A stretch of 64,000 bases of DNA from Octopus bimaculoides. Lineage: Eukaryota. The notes under the pieces were generated by a model. It did no database searches and was not told where the DNA came from. It worked only from the letters and a program-made list of their open reading frames with translations. Location of the stretch: contig NC_068983.1 in the NCBI RefSeq assembly GCF_001194135.2, forward strand, positions 80,476,849-80,540,848, given 5' to 3'. The translations under genes were made by a program, and so were the position numbers. The stretch's first letter is position 1. Each line of letters begins with the position of its first letter. This document shows positions 1 through 11,800 of this stretch, piece after piece.

Positions 1-7
1 ATAAAGT

Positions 8-112
8 GGAGGTGCATGGCTTAGTGGTTAGGGTGTCAGTATCATGATTGCAAGAGTGTGGTTTCGATTCCTGGACCGGGCAACGCATTGTGTTCTTGAG
101 CAAAGCACTTCA
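8..112 (+). mobile_element. tRNA-derived SINE, family B (head, truncated)
   Basis: Pol III A-box-like TGGCTTAGTGG and B-box-like GGTTTCGATTCC, then GTGTTCTTGAGCAAAGCACTT; the same head recurs inverted at about 20600-20690 and 22500-22610. Confidence 0.7.
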
Positions 113-177
113 TTATATATATATATATATATATATATACATACACACATACATATATATTATGTATGTATGTATAT

Positions 178-336
178 AGGTGCAGGCATAGCTGTGTGGT
201 AATAAGCTTGCTTCCCAATCACATGATTCTGAGTTCAGTCCCACTGCATGGCACTTTGGGCAAGTATCTTTTATTATAGCCTTGGACTGACCAAAGCCTT
301 GTGAGTGGATTTGGTAGACAGAAACTGAAAGAAACC
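178..336 (+). mobile_element. tRNA-derived SINE, family A (5' half; CORE-like segment)
   Basis: Head GCATAGCTGTGTGGTAATAAGC...GAGTTCAGTCCC followed by ACTTTGGGCAAGT, similar to the MIR/CORE motif; more than 10 homologues in the window. The family's 3' tail ATGACTGAAACAAGTAAAAGA resumes at about 786-806. Confidence 0.75.
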
Positions 337-365
337 CTTTTGTATGGAGATTGTCAAAATGATCT

Positions 366-417
366 GGATGCCTCTGATGAAAACCCAATAAGGTTTGAAA
401 ATTGATTAAGGTTGTTC
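366..417 (+). ncRNA. Minimal type I hammerhead ribozyme motif, copy 1
   Basis: Stem I GGAUGCCU / AGGU(U)GUUC; core CUGAUGA at 374-380; stem II AAACC/GGUUU; GAAA at 397-400; short stem III A-AUUGAU-U; UUA triplet with predicted cut at 408/409. Confidence 0.7.
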
Positions 418-666
418 ATCATTTGTTCAGTCTGCGGAGAAATGGCAAAAATTTGCCATTTATAATTATACCATATGTTACGTATATATTATATCATACC
501 TTGATGCTGTGTGGACTAAGATCCCTGTTGACAGGCTGCTGGTATTTATAGAGTGTTAAATACTTTTGGTATGCAAATTAGGAACTCCTTCATAGAGTAA
601 CTGCTGCATTTGTTGAGTATATAAACATTTTGGCTGCTTTTTTCTTTGGAAATTACTGAAATTTGT

Positions 667-718
667 GGATACCTCTGATGAGAACTGAATAAGGTTTGAA
701 AATCACTTAAGGTTATTT
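667..718 (+). ncRNA. Minimal type I hammerhead ribozyme motif, copy 2
   Basis: Stem I GGAUACCU / AGGU(U)AUUU; core CUGAUGA at 675-681; stem II GAACU/GGUUU with wobbles; GAAA at 698-701; degenerate stem III; predicted cut at 709/710. Confidence 0.65.
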
Positions 719-974
719 GTCATTTTTTTCAGTCTGTGGAGAAATGACTAAAATTTGCCCAGTTTATAATTATACCACAGTTAAAATGACTGAAACAAGT
801 AAAAGAAATATGATCCGACTCTTCATCTGACAAGAACAATTTCTGTAACCTTTGCTATTTCTAGATTATTACCTTTAGTAGTACATATGATTTACTTTGT
901 CCTCAGCATCCAAATAAGTAACTTGACACTCCTATATATTCCTTAATTCTACAAAACAACAACCTGCATTATCT

Positions 975-1230
975 TATCTGAAATTGTACTGTTATTGCTG
1001 TTGTACAGGCAAAATCAACCTTCAACTATAGAAGGAAATCCGCCATTGCTCTCAGATTCAAAGAAGAATTTAAAGACCAAGAGATAACTTTGGGGTATTG
1101 CATGATCAGTTTCTTTTTCTCACCCTTGGTCTCTCAGTTTTAACAACATCCTTTCATCTAAACAGGCTAATACATGGAAGAAATTCCCCATTAACACAAA
1201 CAACTACCTTTATCTAAGTATATTTAATGC
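975..1230 (+). repeat. Unclassified old repeat, copy 1 (homologous to 4380-4830)
   Basis: Three colinear shared blocks: GTTG...GGCAAAATCAACCTTCA, GATAACTTTGGG...CATGA and AAACAGGCTAATA. Confidence 0.55.
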
Positions 1231-1499
1231 ATTCAGCTCTCATTTTCATCACTTTTACCTGGTGTTACATTTCTATAATATATTTTTCTCTCCAGAACCA
1301 CGTGCTTCTTTCTATTGGTTTTCTTCTATCTACTAAACTACAACAATTCAAATAAAACATCAGTTACACTAATCCTATTAAATGATGATAATTTCTAAGC
1401 ATTAAGAGATATAAAAAGGATAAAAAAATCAATTGTCTTGAAGGAACAAATAACTAAGTTTCTCAACAGAAGCATCTATTTTTAAATATCAGTATATTT

Positions 1500-2020
1500 A
1501 GAAGGTGATCTCCAGCATGCACTGAATGGGTTTGCTTCTGAATGCTACAAGGCTGGGATGAGAATAAGAATTGCAAAGACTAAGCCTCTCAAGTGAGTCT
1601 CCTCAGTATACTCTACATGTTAGTGGAACATCATTGAGGCAAATGAAATTTAATCCTTTAGCATTCAAACTGGCTCTTGGGAGTAATGTTACTCAATGGG
1701 ATGTATACTCAGAGATCAGGGAGTCTCTCCAAATTGACCCACTACTTCTCTGCATTGAGAAGTCACAGTTCCTGCATTATAGATATATGATTAGAATGTC
1801 ACAGGAAAGAATCACTGATTCTTCAAGCTGAGCCAACTGGCTGGAGACCTAGGGATAGACTAAGAATGAGATGATTGGATAATGCCCACAGCCTCAGTTG
1901 GTCATGCTTGGGATCCTAATGACAGTTGCTTTTGATAGGATGCAATATAGGAGGTGCCTGAGAACTCTACCCCAAAGACCCTTCCTGGAATAGTGGGCAG
2001 AGAAAATGGATGGATGAATT
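1500..2020 (+). mobile_element. RTE-clade LINE 3' fragment (Rex3/Expander-like), internally deleted
   Basis: Translations DLQHALNGFASECYKAGMRI and IRESLQIDPLLLCIEKSQ match the post-YADD and C-terminal RTE RT regions; ends in an (ATGG)n tail. Confidence 0.7.
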
Positions 2021-2571
2021 GCTATATTTTTTAACTCTAATAAATTATCTATTATCACCTACTGCCATATAATTGACAATTTGCTTGATTTTGAGAATTT
2101 CAGTCTATTGACTGAACTGTCAGAATATTATATCCCTCTAACAGTAAAGAACTAACAAAGATACTTTAACATTTCTGTAATTATATTTCTGTTTCAATTA
2201 ATTCTAAAATAAATCTGAATTTTGACTGGCTTCTGAAAACAATTATAACTTTATTTACTATATAAAAGTAGTATTTGGAATACAAAATATGACAAATTTT
2301 TTGACTCAAACTTATTGTAATTACATATAAGTGCAGGTAAAATCACTGTAGTGTAAAATTACTTAACTTCTATTTAAATAACACCATATGAAATGAGTTA
2401 TTTGCCAATAGTTAGCCAGGATAAATAACTGATTTGTAAAAGAAAACTTATATACAATACTGAACTTCCAGTTGAACTTGAGGTGTGCATATCGATAAAA
2501 TTGTATGAAATGCATAAAATATCGATAAAATTGTATGAAATAATTTAGCAAAATATTTGAAGAGAATCCTC

Positions 2572-3365
2572 ATCATCATCATGGCATGGGTTGGATGGTT
2601 TGACCAGAGCTTGCAAGCTGGGGAGCTGCACTTGATTCCAGTCTGATTTGGAATGGTTTCTACTGCTGGATGTCCTTCCTAATGCCAACCACTTTAAAAA
2701 GTGTGTTGGGTGCTTTTATGTGGCACCACATTGGTGCTTTTATTTGGCATGCCACATGTGGTGCCATGTGGCAATTTTATGTGACACTGCTTTTATGTGA
2801 CACTTCTACATGGCACCACATGGGCACTTTTATGTGGCACTGCACAGGCACTTTTACATGGAACTGCATAGGTGCTTTTATGTGGAATCAATATGAGTAC
2901 TTTTTATGTGGCACTGGCACAGGACACTTGCAGGTCAATCCTCACCAGTAGGAGGACTGATCTTAACACTTCTGCTGTGGAGTATGGGTCTTCTTGAGTA
3001 CAGCAAAGTGCCAGGCATCTTGATCCTTTATCATCTCACCTGAAAAGTTCAGCATCCTGAGGCTGTTCTTCAGTACTTCATCTCATGTCTTCTTGGATTT
3101 CCCACTTCCGCATGTTCCAACTACTTTGAGAGATCGGCACTTCATTTAGAGTTGTTGGCATCCATCTGCATCACATGACCAAACCAGCACAGTTTTTTTC
3201 TCTTGCACACAACAACTAATTCCTCTTATGCCTAACTTCTCTCTCATAACACTAGCACTCTATCAAACATGTTCATTTAAATTACACATCCAATGGAGCA
3301 CACTAACCTCATTCCTTTCTAATCTTTGCATATCCTCTGCATTAGGTCCTACGTCTCATTACCAA
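2572..3365 (-). mobile_element. RTE LINE 3' fragment with 3' UTR minisatellite
   Basis: Homologous to the 3' end of the RTE at 31300-32245; (CAT)n tail; about 8 copies of a GCTTTTATGTGGCAC unit at 2708-2915. Confidence 0.75.
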
Positions 3366-3529
3366 GTAGAATTGCTCTCTGTATATATGCATCATACAAT
3401 CTTCCTTTCACTCAGAGAGAGAAACCTTTCATAGCCAACAGAAGTAACAGCTGTCTGAATTTCTTCCATCCTGTTCTTATACAAGCTAATTTTCTCCATC
3501 GTACATACACACATACTAATGCACACAGA

Positions 3530-3544
3530 CCACACACACACAGA

Positions 3545-3589
<45 letters not shown>

Positions 3590-3645
3590 CACACACACAC
3601 ACACACACACACAAACAAACACACACACACACATGCACACACACA
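3530..3645. repeat. (CA)n microsatellite
   Basis: Direct reading. Confidence 0.95.
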
Positions 3646-3659
3646 ATGATGGACTAATA

Positions 3660-3830
3660 TAAGTTTCAAAAATTTGGCACAAGGCCAGCAAATTCAGAGG
3701 AGGGGGCTTGTTGATTACATTGACCCCAGTGTTCAACAACTGTTACTTAGTTTATCGACCTTGAAAGGATGACAGGCAAAGTCGACCTTGGCAAAATTTG
3801 AACTCAGAATGTAAAGATGGATGAAACATG
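3660..3830 (-). mobile_element. SINE family C (truncated)
   Basis: TTTCAAAAATTTGGCACAAGGCCAGC...GTCGACCTTGGCAAAATTTGAACTCAGAATG, shared with 6285, 35060, 37335 and others. Confidence 0.7.
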
Positions 3831-4379
3831 ATGGACTAATTTAATTAAACAGAATTAGTTATTTAGCTGATTAATTAAAAATCAAATATTGGGAAAAAAT
3901 ATTTTAAAAGCTTTTGCTACATTTTCCATCTGGAATCATTTCATCATTATGTTCACAAGTTGCTCTCACTACAGAAAATTGAACTATTATAGTTTAAAGG
4001 TCACCCAGTGTTCCTTGCAGTTTTTTTTCTTTTCTACAGTTGCTTCTTTATTTGAAAATCCTTTATATTCAGAGTCGTTATTACTAAATCTGAAGTTTAT
4101 CTCCTCCACCACCACCATAATCATCATCATCATCATCATCATTTAAAGTCTATTTTCCATGCTGGTATGGCTTGAACAGTTTGACAGGAGCTGGCCAGCC
4201 CGAGATCTGTCCAGCCCGAGATCTGTCCAGACACCAATTGCCTGTTGTGGCATGGTTTCTATGGCTGGATGCTCTTCCTTAGCTTTTAAAATTTTAAAGA
4301 ACAGTAACACGTTTTGCAGATAAGTAATGTGAAGCATGTGAGGAGATTAGCTGTAAAAATCCATTAACAAAATTTATCA

Positions 4380-4578
4380 GAAATTTCACTGTCATTGTTG
4401 TTGTAAAGGCAAAAATCAACCTTCAGCACTCAAAGGAAGTCACTCATTGATTTTGATATTAAACTGTAAGAGAAATGCATAGGATGATAGATAACTATGG
4501 GATATTTCATGACCTGTAAGCTTCCAACCTTTTCCAAATGCATCTGTTCAGATTCCTCTGTCTGTCTCTGTCTGTCTG

Positions 4579-4630
<52 letters not shown>

Positions 4631-4719
4631 NNNNNNNNNNNNNNNNNNNNNNNNNNNNNNNNNNNNNNNNNNNNNNNNNNNNNNNNNNNNNNNNNNNNNN
4701 NNNNNNNNNNNNNNNNNNN

Positions 4720-4753
<34 letters not shown>

Positions 4754-4830
4754 AATTTTAACAGCATTGAAACAGGCTAATATTTGGATGATATCCTGTT
4801 GCATGATATACAACAAATGTTTACCTAATC
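4380..4830 (+). repeat. Unclassified old repeat, copy 2, interrupted by a (CT)n expansion and an N-gap (4631-4719)
   Basis: Colinear homology to 975-1230. Confidence 0.55.
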
Positions 4831-5334
4831 AAAGTTGTATGTTATTAAAAAAGTAAAAAGATCTATGTTGATATTTTGGTTTAAATCTGAATGATTTCAG
4901 AGGCTTTGGTAGTATATGACTAAGTGTGCTTTTAGCATTTTGGAAATGATGGAGTTGGGTCTTCTCACTTTGATGAAAAGATACAAACCACCACTGTAAT
5001 TAACAAATATTTTATTTGTTTACAGTCTTCAGCTCAAAGCTTCTCAGAGGTGTAGTGCTACCAGAGTGCTATTCTGACACCTCTGTTAATAGTATCACTT
5101 CCAAAATACAAATTTATTTATTCATGTAGATACAAGAAAATTTGTGTGAAGATTGAATCTTCTTTAAACTTTTATATATCTTTAAAACTAATTTATCCCA
5201 AGTGAGGTGTTTGTATGCATTTCAGCAGATGTTGGATGAAGAGAATGCTTGCTAATTAACTACATTTGCTCTTATCCACTGTTTCCAAATCATCTAATTT
5301 TGTTTATAAAATTTTTCTTTTCAACACTTCCACT

Positions 5335-6010
5335 TGTATACTTTTGAAATATTATTGATAGTAACAAGCAGAAAAGATGTCAAAATTTGTGAAGTTGTCT
5401 CAGTAGAGCAGCTTTTACAATTGGTTATTATGGACTCTGATAGTGAGGATGGCATACCCAATGAAGACATTTTTATGAACTTTTTCAATCTGTCTGCACC
5501 GTGGGCCCTGTTGTCTTCTCTGACTCAATCTCATTAATAAGATTACATACATTAGCAGTGGATGATTGTCTGTGGATTACTGTCTGATACAAAAGTAAAT
5601 TTTTCTCACAACTCTAAGGATTTTTAGCAGTGTTATTTTCTTTCCTTTGTAAACAAACTGAAGACTGTAACAGAAATAACATGCAAGAGTCTGATAACAA
5701 TAACAGTGACAATGGTTGTTGCACCTGCTTGTAGTTCAAATTTTTTAATTGTGTTCAAATGCAATTCTAAAAGTAATAGTGTTCAAAGTATGGGTTGTAT
5801 CCTTTTTCAGATGTTTGAGCAGGAAAGATGTAGAAGAAAAGAAGGGAAACTTATTCCTGATTTGAGTTCATATATAATAAACATGGGTGTAAAGTATGTG
5901 AAGATAAAACCAATCTGAAATCTACTTCTAAGGGTTTGAGGCTGTCCAACAAATGGTAGATGTGATGTGCATCCTGCTGAAGTCTCACAAAACAATGTTG
6001 ATTATAAACT
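5335..6010 (+). mobile_element. Possible internally deleted piggyBac-like remnant
   Basis: Acidic N-terminal-like VSVEQLLQLVIMDSDSEDG, and frameshifted CKVC...RCDVH...QC resembling the C-terminal cysteine-rich domain; no clear TTAA/TIR found. Confidence 0.35.
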
Positions 6011-6284
6011 ATTAAACTCCTTGACACTACTTCTGTAAGAGCTGAAAATAGGGCTAATGTAGATGCTTTTAGAAAAGTATGTGGTACTATGAATGTTATA
6101 GATGTAGTGGTGTCAAGTTATTCAATTTTTTTTGTTCTGCATATTATTTAGCTCAAAATGAGAGATCATTCTCTGATCAATAGCTTTCAGTAAGAAGTTC
6201 AAAACAAAAATGCTACTGATATTGGAATTAAACTGCATTCCCACATGAGGGTTACAAAGATAATTGATTACATAGCTGTTATTA

Positions 6285-6482
6285 TTGATTTCAAATTTTG
6301 GTACACGACCAGCAACTTTGAGAGAGAGGATAAGTCAGTTACAACTAGTACTTATTTCATTGATCCTGAAAGGATGACAAGCAAAGTCAACCCTGGTGGA
6401 ATTTGAAATCAGAACATAAAGAGCTGGAAGAAATGCCACAAAGCATTTTTTCCAGCATGCTAAGGATTCTGCCAGCTCACCA
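6285..6482 (-). mobile_element. SINE family C
   Basis: Near full-length copy ending at CTGCCAGCTCACC (reverse complement of the head GGTGAGCTGGCAG). Confidence 0.75.
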
Positions 6483-6529
6483 TGAAACAGATAAATGGCA
6501 TTGAATGTTTATAACAAGATTCTTGAAAG

Positions 6530-6649
6530 ATTTTCAAACTTCAAAACCTCAAAGTATGTATAAAATGTGTGTCCTTGGTAAAGGCTACTGGTTTGCTGAA
6601 ACATCACCTAATTATGGAGTAGGTGCAATATCATCTCTTTGTAAGAGCT
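6530..6649 (+). CDS. Candidate 120-nt exon (phase 1-1), unrecognised product
   Basis: AG acceptor with weak pyrimidine tract, GTAAGT donor, open frame FQTSKPQSMYKMCVLGKGYWFAETSPNYGVGAISSLCKS; could be chance. Confidence 0.12.
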
Positions 6650-6745
6650 GTAAGTTTTTCCTTATATATTAAATGCCTTTAGAGCTAATGTGAAGAATCA
6701 TAAACATTGCATCCTTTTAAGATTACTGAGCTAATTACAACTTAC

Positions 6746-6875
6746 ATCTATTTGTCCTGTTGAGCACAAGAGGGGATTCAAACGCATGAACATTATTGCA
6801 GCAACAACATGCTTGATAAATCTCATAAACCATGTTTGTTAAATCACAGTGAACCTCCTTTAGTTTAGTGATCCT
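6746..6875 (-). CDS. Candidate 130-nt exon, unrecognised product
   Basis: ACATTTCAG acceptor, GTAAGT donor, single open frame RITKLKEVHCDLTNMVYEIYQACCCCNNVHAFESPLVLNRTNR; no homology recognised. Confidence 0.18.
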
Positions 6876-6984
6876 CTGAAATGTCTATAACATAATGGTT
6901 GCAGTACCACAGATCAACAGATGACATTAGAGTAAGAGTTGGTTCTGAGTCTAGACACAAATTACACCTGATCCTTTTACCATT

Positions 6985-7377
6985 TATCTATAACTTGTTT
7001 CAGTCATTAGACTGCAGCCATGTAGGGGCACTGCCTTGAAGAAGTTTTAGTCAAATGAGTTGACCCTGGTACTTATTTTTGTTTTCAAAGCTTGGCACTT
7101 ATTCTATTGGTCTCTTTTGCCAAACTGCTAAGTTATGGGGATGTAAACACACCAACACTGGTTGTCAAGTGGTGGTAGGGAGAAACACAGGCACAAAGTC
7201 ACACACCCACACACACTTGATGGGCTTCTTTCAGTTTCTGTCTACGAAATCCACTTACAAGGTTTTGTCAGCCTGGGCTATGAGAAGACACTTGTCCAAG
7301 GTGCTATGCAGTGGGACTGAACCTAGAACCATGGGGTTGGAAAGCAAGCTTCTTACCATACAGCCATGCCTGCACCT
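6985..7377 (-). mobile_element. SINE family A, full length
   Basis: Head, CORE-like segment, internal (TG)n and 3' tail all present. Confidence 0.8.
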
Positions 7378-9137
7378 TTGTGGAAATTTTTGTAACAATT
7401 CTCTTTGATGGTATTTGTTAATTACCTTTATATTGGTAAAATGTAAAACACCTAATTACCTGCTATTTTTAATTGCCTGCTAATTATATTTTGTGAGCAT
7501 CTGACAACATGTTCAACACATTGTCAATAAGTATTACTACTTATTGTACCACTTATACACTGAAATCTTGTTAACATTTGAACTATCAGTGATAGTTGGG
7601 TGTATAATATATACAGAGGGAAGATATAGGAAATGGTAAGCATTTTGTCAGATCTGTCACTTAATAAATTAGCATTGCACACTTAAAACTTCCTTTGGGT
7701 AATCATGGAATAGAGTGGTATTCCCTTACCACATCACGCTACTGCATCTAGAATTAAAGTAGTGGATTAAAGGACAAAAGAATATCATACTATAGAATAC
7801 ATGTTTTTTAGTAAATGAGTGATTTTAGTATTGTATATTCTATAGTTAAGTTTTTAGTAGGAAATATACTTTATAAGATGATTTAAAGATTTTCTATTAA
7901 GAGATGTCGGCAAACTGTAATTATTATTAACGACTGTTTCTAAATACCGCTTATGTACAAATACTCATTATTTATCCACTAATAGGTTAAATAAAAACAT
8001 GTTATGTTAAAATTAAGCAACAAGGTTTGATACTTTTAACAATAGCAAAAGTTTAGATATTTCCAATGAATAAAAATTTACACCTTAGTTTGAAGAATTA
8101 TAATTCCATTGAAATACATCCTGTACCTCTCAGGTGACTATTCAGTCTCATTGTAGATCTGCATGGTTTGAAGCATAGGTGATAAACAAAAGTTGTAACT
8201 TACTGTGTGCTTTTAACTGGTTATTTCTGCACAGGCCACCACTCTTCTTATGTCAAAACTCTTGCAGTAGAGGGAATGAAAAATGAGGTCATCCTAAAGA
8301 GACGTCTGAGACATCTGTACATCATTGAATTATAATGGTAAAGGCTTATACAACACAAGTAGTACTCACCCAGTTTCTATGATTAGTACCTAGTGACAGT
8401 CTGAAGTAAGATGACCAGCAATCACATGAAACCACAGGTTTTACATCAGAGTGTCCCTGTGACAACAGCTAAGGGCCATCACAGCTAGTGGTTTTACTTC
8501 TTGCTATGATACTAACCAAGAGTATTACCATGCCTCCATGCTCAGGTGGAATGTCATCACGTATGCTAGTTAATCCATAGCTGGGACCTGACAGGTGCTA
8601 CTTCTCTGGGTCAGAGTAGACCTGGAAACAGTCGTGGTTAAGAAGTGGTTCCATGATCCTCAAACCCTGGAGCTCCTGAGCCAGAGGCCCACAACTAGAT
8701 GCAGTTTAAAGCCATACTCAGGACTGGCAGCCAGTATGTTGTAGCTCTGAAGAAAATGAAGAAGATTCTCCACTTTTTTTTTTCAGTTGATTGATTATAG
8801 ATTGATTGCTAAATGTGATTATTACACCAGGGAACTAGGCTTCTCCCAAATTTTATTGGAAACATGTAATCTAAGTGGAATAAATATATAAAAATCCATT
8901 ATATCCACTTTCTGTGTGCATTTTCTGTATTACTCTGTAGCAATATACCAATTTTACTTGGTGGCTTTACCTCAGTTTTACAAATTGGACTGGTAACAGT
9001 TTGTTAAGTTCAGATTATCTGGATTCCTACATCTATCACAAGACAAATTGTTAGCCTGGTGTACCTTCTTGTATAGAGAGTTTATTAAGTATATCACCTG
9101 GATTATTAATCTTTTTTCCCTTTTGATATGTATATAT

Positions 9138-9652
9138 AAATAAAGTGATGTAAAAGGCCAGGCTGAGTAACCTAATGGATACCATCGCTGTAAGGCAACA
9201 GAAGCTGCTCAATATATGCCCACAAAATGATCAGTGAGAGCCACTCTTGGGTTGAAACCAAAGAGGAAACGTAGGAGGTGAGACAGACCTGTCAAGACAG
9301 CTGAATACTGTAGAGGATGACCTTGCAGATATAAGCCAAGCTTGGTAGCAGGGATTGTGACCATAGCCTTAGTTCCTCCCATTCCTTATTGGCCTTTAGG
9401 TGATGAGAGATCTCTGTCCAGCATGGTTACAATCCCTGCTACCAAACTTGGCTCATACCTGCAAGGTTATCCTCTACAGCATTCAGCTAGGTCTTAACAG
9501 GTCCGTCTCATCTCCTATGCTTCCTCTTTGGCTTTGAACCAAGAGTGGCTCTCACTGGTCACTTTGTGGGCACACACTGAACAGCTTCTTTTTGCCTCAC
9601 AGTGATAGTATCCATTAGGTTACTCAGCCTGGCCTTTTTCATCATTTTATTT
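9138..9652. repeat. About 225-bp inverted duplication of an RTE 3' segment (arms 9138-9364 and 9423-9652; 58-nt spacer)
   Basis: Manual alignment: about 25 substitutions and 2 small indels over about 215 bp. Confidence 0.9.
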
Positions 9653-11500
9653 GAGATGTTGTCACACCAAGAAGTTCTTAACATGGTCTTCAGGTAACAC
9701 CTGTGGAATCTATTTGTAGTTCTATAGATTCTATTGGTCTTTGCCTTTATTTCACAAATACAAGCCAGTGTTGGCATAATAATGGACACATATAGGCAAA
9801 ATTTGGTATCTTTGTTGATAGAGGAGTTGCACAATACAGACTTTAGACACTGTTTCCATTGTTAGTGATGTTACTGCCCAGGCACATAAGCAAAAGCAGT
9901 GATCTCTGGAGTTTGGTTCTATAGCCAGATTTGTTTCTGCTATGCCTCACCATTAATCATCACTTGCAGTTTCCCATTTCTGATCTACAGACCAACCTTT
10001 GAACTATTGTTACTGTGACTTGTCCTCATTTGTTATAGGTGCTGTACTATAGATGTGTTAAGGAGTTTCTGATTGTCAATATAGTCAAGGTCAGTGATTT
10101 TTCCTGACATCTTTTGATATTGTATGCTGGATCCCATATGGAATTCCTGATGATGAAATCTACCATCAGCAGAAACAAAAATGGAAATGTACACATCCCT
10201 GATTCATCATTATGATGATGTTAAACCCTTCTTATTTCTTTCCCACTATTGGTTCTGATGCAGTACCCTTTTCTCTGGTAAAGTGATTGCATAATGTTGA
10301 TATAATATGTATGCACTCCATACAGCATGACAATCTATCATAGAGGTTCGCTATGTACATTGTCAAGATGTCAAGGGCCTTCTTATAGTCAGTAAAGTTG
10401 GCTACAGATAGCTGCTGGAACCCTTGACTTAGTTCAATGATGTTGTGTGGTGTCATGATATATTTATTGCATGACTTTTTACTCCTGAATCCCACCTGTT
10501 CCTCTTGAAAATGTTCATTTATTGTCTACTTCAGATGGTTAAGGACACTGCAGAACTCTTCACCAAGGACATGCAACAGATTGTGGCACTTGTTGCATTC
10601 ACTTAGAGCTCTTTTCTTAGTAATGTTATTCTCTCTCTCATCTCCATGCCTCAGCTATTTCCTCATAGTGTCACATTAAGTTGTAAATGTATCCCAAAAT
10701 CCTCTAAAAGCCTCCATTGTGTGAAGTCAAAGAGATAAACTACATCCAGCCAGTTCAGAACTTGGAAATGTTCCATCCATTGGTTGCTGCTTCTTCCTTC
10801 TTATCAATGGGTTGCCAGCCTTACTCTTTTGGTACACATGAACTACTTCTTGCTGTTGTCAGCTCTTTCATGACTCTCTACAGACATTTGGTGTCATTTC
10901 CCACTGTTACCTTTGTGCCTTTCATCTCACACCATATACTCTTGTCCCTCCTACAACTTTTCATACACTGACCTGTTCATTAATTCTGTTTTGTTGCTTA
11001 CATGTACATACATCTTTTGCTTGGTTCTGTTTTAGTTTTTATTTCTTCCTTCCTGTTGATCATGTTTCATGAGGATATAAAGATCTATCATTCCTGAATG
11101 TTGCTTTGCTTGCATCCAAGTAATTTGCCAGTATTTAGTGTGTTGATCTGTTGAAAATGAGTTCCCAGTCCCTCATGATCAGAGTTACTCTAAAGCTTGA
11201 AAATTCTTCTTCACCTTTTCAAGGAACCTGCTCAAAATTACTGCCTGCTTGAGAGCTTCTGTTGCATGGACAGCATGCTTTAATATGATATTAAGCTGGT
11301 GATGAATAAATTCATTACTTAGCTGGACAGTGAAAGTATATTCTCCATAGTGGGACCTCATGGTTTAGTCACCATTAACACAAAGGTATTGTGGTACAAA
11401 GGCAGCTGGTATTGAGTAGGCTGCTGCAGGCTCAATGCTGGTAACACTTTTCTGCCCACAAGTGTATTCATAAAGCATCAAGAATGAGTTCGACTACATT
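9369..11500 (-). mobile_element. Decayed RTE-clade LINE
   Basis: RT motifs GFRSKKSC...IIE...FTDYKKALD and C-terminal RFHRCYLKTMLRTSWCDNISN; multiple stops and frameshifts. Confidence 0.8.
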
Positions 11501-11574
11501 GTTGTTAATACTTGGTGATGGCCATTCTTGTAGGATATTCACACTCATTGTGGGGCAGATATTGACTCAGATGG

Positions 11575-11800
11575 TTGGAAGGATCATCATCACCATCATT
11601 TAACATCCATTTTCTATGCTGGTGGCATGAGTTAGATGGTTTGATAGGATCTGGAAAACTGCAAGGTTGTGTTGAGCTCCAATGTCTGCTTTGGCACAAT
11701 TTCTATGACTGGATGCCCTTCCTAATGCCAACCACTTCATAGCCTGTACCAGGGTACTTTTATTCATATTACAGCACTAGTGAGGCTGTAGTACAACTTG
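11575..11800 (-). mobile_element. SINE or RTE-type 3' end fragment
   Basis: CATCATTTAACATCC...GGATGCCCTTCCTAATGCCAACCAC is shared with the RTE 3' ends at 2572 and 32100. Confidence 0.6.

Larger units (their letters stand above)
337..783 (+). mobile_element. About 1.5 units of a 301-bp tandem repeat carrying hammerhead motifs (non-LTR retrozyme-like / Penelope pseudo-LTR-like)
   Basis: About 337-480 and 640-783 align at roughly 75-80% identity; the CTGATGA cores at 374 and 675 are 301 bp apart; no ORF. Confidence 0.6.

Noticed and set aside
5045-5085. Hairpin CAGAGGTGT/ACACCTCTG
   Set aside because: Only a 9-bp stem; too short for a pre-miRNA and no ribozyme core.
5654-5680. CTGAAGA-CTG-TAA-CAG-AAA and other lone CTGANGA hits (10147, 14172, 34882, 50097, 55647, 63347)
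   Set aside because: They lack a correct GAAA, NUH or stem I; this is the expected background frequency.
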